Part shown: in pieces, positions 61,050-64,000 of the stretch
Numbering within the stretch: position 1 is the first letter of the stretch
How the letters are laid out: the number at the start of each line of letters is the position of its first letter
Source: Ptychomitrium polyphyllum
Taxonomy: Eukaryota
Assembly: GCA_973851085.1 (NCBI GenBank)
Contig: OZ316775.1
Span: 17,112,001-17,176,000 of the forward strand
Direction: 5' to 3'
DNA length: 64,000 bases
Notes under the pieces: generated by a model
Database searches by the model: none
What the model saw: only the letters and a program-made list of their open reading frames with translations
What the model was told of the DNA's origin: nothing
Translations under genes and position numbers: made by a program

Positions 61050-63402
61050 TATTGAAGAAATGCAACAAAGCTAGTACAACAAGCACAAAGAGAGAGCAAA
61101 GTTGTAACAAGAGAAGTGTGGAGCAAGATGACTCCTACTTCTAAACCCCTTTACTTATACTTCGGAGTTATGCACCAAAGTGTGCCACTTGGCAGCCATG
61201 CATTTTCTTCCACAAATGAGTGCCATATGGCAGCTAACCCTACCTGCGGTAACCGCCGTAGCTACCGCCCTAACCCTAACGGCTGCCCTAACTTTAGCCG
61301 CCATATCAAACCGTTCTTCTTTTTTCTTAATCCTAGCCTCCATATCCTTTATGGCTTCTTCGTTCACACCCCTTTGACCATTAGCAACCTATCAAGCTTT
61401 AGTCCTACACAAGGAAACTTCAATTAGGATCATTTTATATGTCAACAAATGAGCAAGCATGCCCTCTGTTGTATAATACCTCATATCTATCACTCCATCT
61501 TCAATCTTCTCTCTTATGAAGTGATGTTGGATGTCGATGTGCTTTATTCGTGATTGATGCTTGGAATTCTTGGTAAAGGCAAGACATCCTTGATTGTCAT
61601 ACATGATGGGTGTTGCACCCACTTGTAAAAATTCAATGTCCTCCAAGAATTGCCTCAACCACATTGCTTCCATTGCACCATGACTCATCGCCATGTACTC
61701 CGCCTCCATGGTTCACCTTGCAACTGTGGATTGCCTCTTGCAGTTCCAAAAGATGGCTTCCACTCCAACAAAGAACACATACTCCATTGTGAAGCGCCTA
61801 TCATTTGCATCTTCAACTCAATCCGCATCAAAAAACCCTTGCAACACAATATTATCACCTCCCAAACACAACACAAAGTCCAAGATGTCCTTCAAGTACC
61901 TCATGATCCTCTTGATGGTTGCCTAGTGCATGGGGTCGGCCTTGGACATGTATTTGCTCACAACACTCACCAAAAATGCAAGATCAAACCTTGTGCCCAC
62001 CATGGCATACATGAGGCACCTTACTCCTGCTTTGTATGGAACTCCTTGCATTTTGCCCTCTACTTGAGCATATACCTCATCACTTAGCTTCATCAACCAC
62101 AAGTTAGCCTCCAAGGGCGTTCCCACTGCCTTGCAATCTTCCATGTTGAATCCATTCATCACTCCCTCTATGTACTTCCTCTGACTCATGGTGATGGTCC
62201 GCTTTGCACAATCCCTCACAAACTCCATTCCAAGAAAATAGTGCAATCCACTCAAATCACTCATCTCAAACTCCTGCTCTAATTTGGCCTTCAATCATTC
62301 TAGCTTTTCCAAAAGGTTGGCCAACATAACCAAGTAATCCACATATATAATCAACATCAACAAAAATTCCATGGTTTGCATCACATACAAGGAATGATCC
62401 GCCCCACTTTTCACAAATCCTTCCTTCCTAAAGAATGCATCAATGCGTTGGTACCATGCCCTTGGTGATTGCTTCAGTCCGTATAGGGCCTTTTTCAACC
62501 TACAAACAAGGTGCTACAAGCCCTCATGTATAAATCCTGCAGGTTCCTCCATGTAGGTGTCTTCTTCCAAGTCTCCATTTGAAAAGGCCGACTTCACATT
62601 CATCTAATGAACCTCCAAGTCCATTGCCGCCGCTATGGCCAAGATGGTCCTAATGGCGGTGAACTTGGCCACTGATGCAAATGTCTCATTGAAGTCCACA
62701 CCAGCAACTTGTGAGTATCCTTTGGCAACTAGTCTTGCCTTGTGCCTTATAATTGCACCCAAAGCATCCCTCTTGGTTCTAAACACCCACTTGCAACCTA
62801 TGGAAGAACAAATTGGAGGAAGTTGAGTCAAGTGCTATGTGCCATTGTCCATGAGGGACTTATACTCCTCTTCCATAGCCTTCTCCTACTTCACGGCATC
62901 CGTGGACTTCAAGGCATCGCACATAATTAAAGGATCAACAAGGAGGGCAACATTGGCATGTTTTGCACTCACTTTGGGAAACATGTGGTTCTTCAACCAA
63001 TCATTGGGTGGCCTCTTTTCCCTTATGGGGTACCTTCTACCACTCACTTCTTGTAATGCATCCACTTCTCTTTCACTTGGAGGTTGATCTTGCTCACTTG
63101 GATGAAGATGCTCACCATCATCTTGTGAGGCTCTTTTGATGGTCTTAAGGATGGAAGTCGCCTTGCTATCTCCTTCCATTGTTCCTTCACCTCCATCCAC
63201 AATTCCACTTTTTTGCTTAGTTGAAGTGGACGATGTGTCCACAATCACACCATTACTCCCACTTGGACACATCTCCAAGTGCTCACAAGCACTCTTGTGC
63301 TTTAAGAACTTATCACCAATATCCGACGCAATACCTTGATCTTGGACTCACATTGCTTCTCCATAAGCTCCTTGAACTCCTCAAACCTTGCAAAGCACTT
63401 GT
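61050..63402 (-). mobile_element. 3' part of Ty1/copia element 2 (3' LTR about 61050-61368, RNase H, RT, partly deleted integrase) inserted into the gag of copia element 1
   Basis: GCKWVFRTK...[48 protein letters not shown]...KHIDIQHHFIRE; PPT AAAGGGG adjoins an LTR starting TGTGAA. Confidence 0.9.
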
Positions 63403-64000
63403 TGTCGCAAATTTTTCCTTGAGGAGTGCCCGCAACATTTAGGGCACAAGGAGGACCTTGGAGTGATGTCCAGGACTTGTGGCGCCGATAGTGATGTGAA
63501 CCGAGTGGGTCTAGCGTGGGAAGGACCCTTAGGGGGAGAAACATCCTTGCCCACGTGGACCGAGGGCCACAAGCAATAAATCGTGAATATTGGAGGAATC
63601 ACAAAGAGTTGATTCTAGAATGCTAAAGATTGCTCAAATCGGACAAGGGAGCTAAAAATTATGGCATCCCAAAGTTACGGTTGCCAAGGGGTTGTTTTGG
63701 ACTGTGCCAACCCTATACAGTGACTATACTGAACTGGGACAGTCCAGGAGGGACTCCTCGAGAGTCTTGAACCTTAGGAGAGGTGTATCTCCCACAATAC
63801 TACTTCAAATCGGACATTTGAGGGGTCTATCAACATCTACCCAAAGAATAGATGACAATAGAGTGGTCGCTTGATACATTTCGGCACCGGATAAGGAACA
63901 TATGGCTCCCTAAAGCTCCGCTGGGGATCTCGGAGGCTTTCAGCGGCTAAGTCCCAAGGGAGATCGGATGGTCTTCTAAAACTTTAGGTGTGTCGGGGTT
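63403..64000 (+). mobile_element. Family B LTR, truncated by the window end, inserted in the integrase of copia element 2
   Basis: Begins TGTCGCA and is colinear with 8763 onward; abuts the integrase peptide CFARFEEFKELMEKQCESKIKVLR. Confidence 0.92.

Noticed and set aside
61116..61427. ORFs with Ala/Thr/Arg-rich repeats
   Set aside because: They are translations of the copia 2 LTR hexamer repeats.

Overview
Eukaryotic plant genomic DNA, most likely a moss (Physcomitrium/Funariaceae-like; inferred from the gene set and Tcn1-type chromoviruses, not from a search). Five apparently intact genes: a small HMA-domain protein (-), an intronless TRF-like Myb/telobox protein (-), an 11-exon PDIL2-1-type protein disulfide isomerase (+), a 6-exon LHT amino-acid transporter (+) and a NEPRO/RMP1-like protein (-). 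A 16.6-kb block (7113-23684) is a six-insertion nest of gypsy chromoviruses and solo LTRs that can be resolved by target-site duplications; both full-length chromoviruses show a tRNA-independent self-priming layout. A decayed pogo-like (DDE_1) transposase lies near 35.7-36.3 kb. The 48-57 kb interval holds PDCD2, RMI1 and inverted LHT pseudogenes and a near-perfect 62-nt hairpin. The right end is a copia-in-copia nest with a further gypsy-type LTR. No CRISPR array, rRNA or tRNA gene was seen. I found no clearly novel multi-gene system; the best leads are listed as findings.
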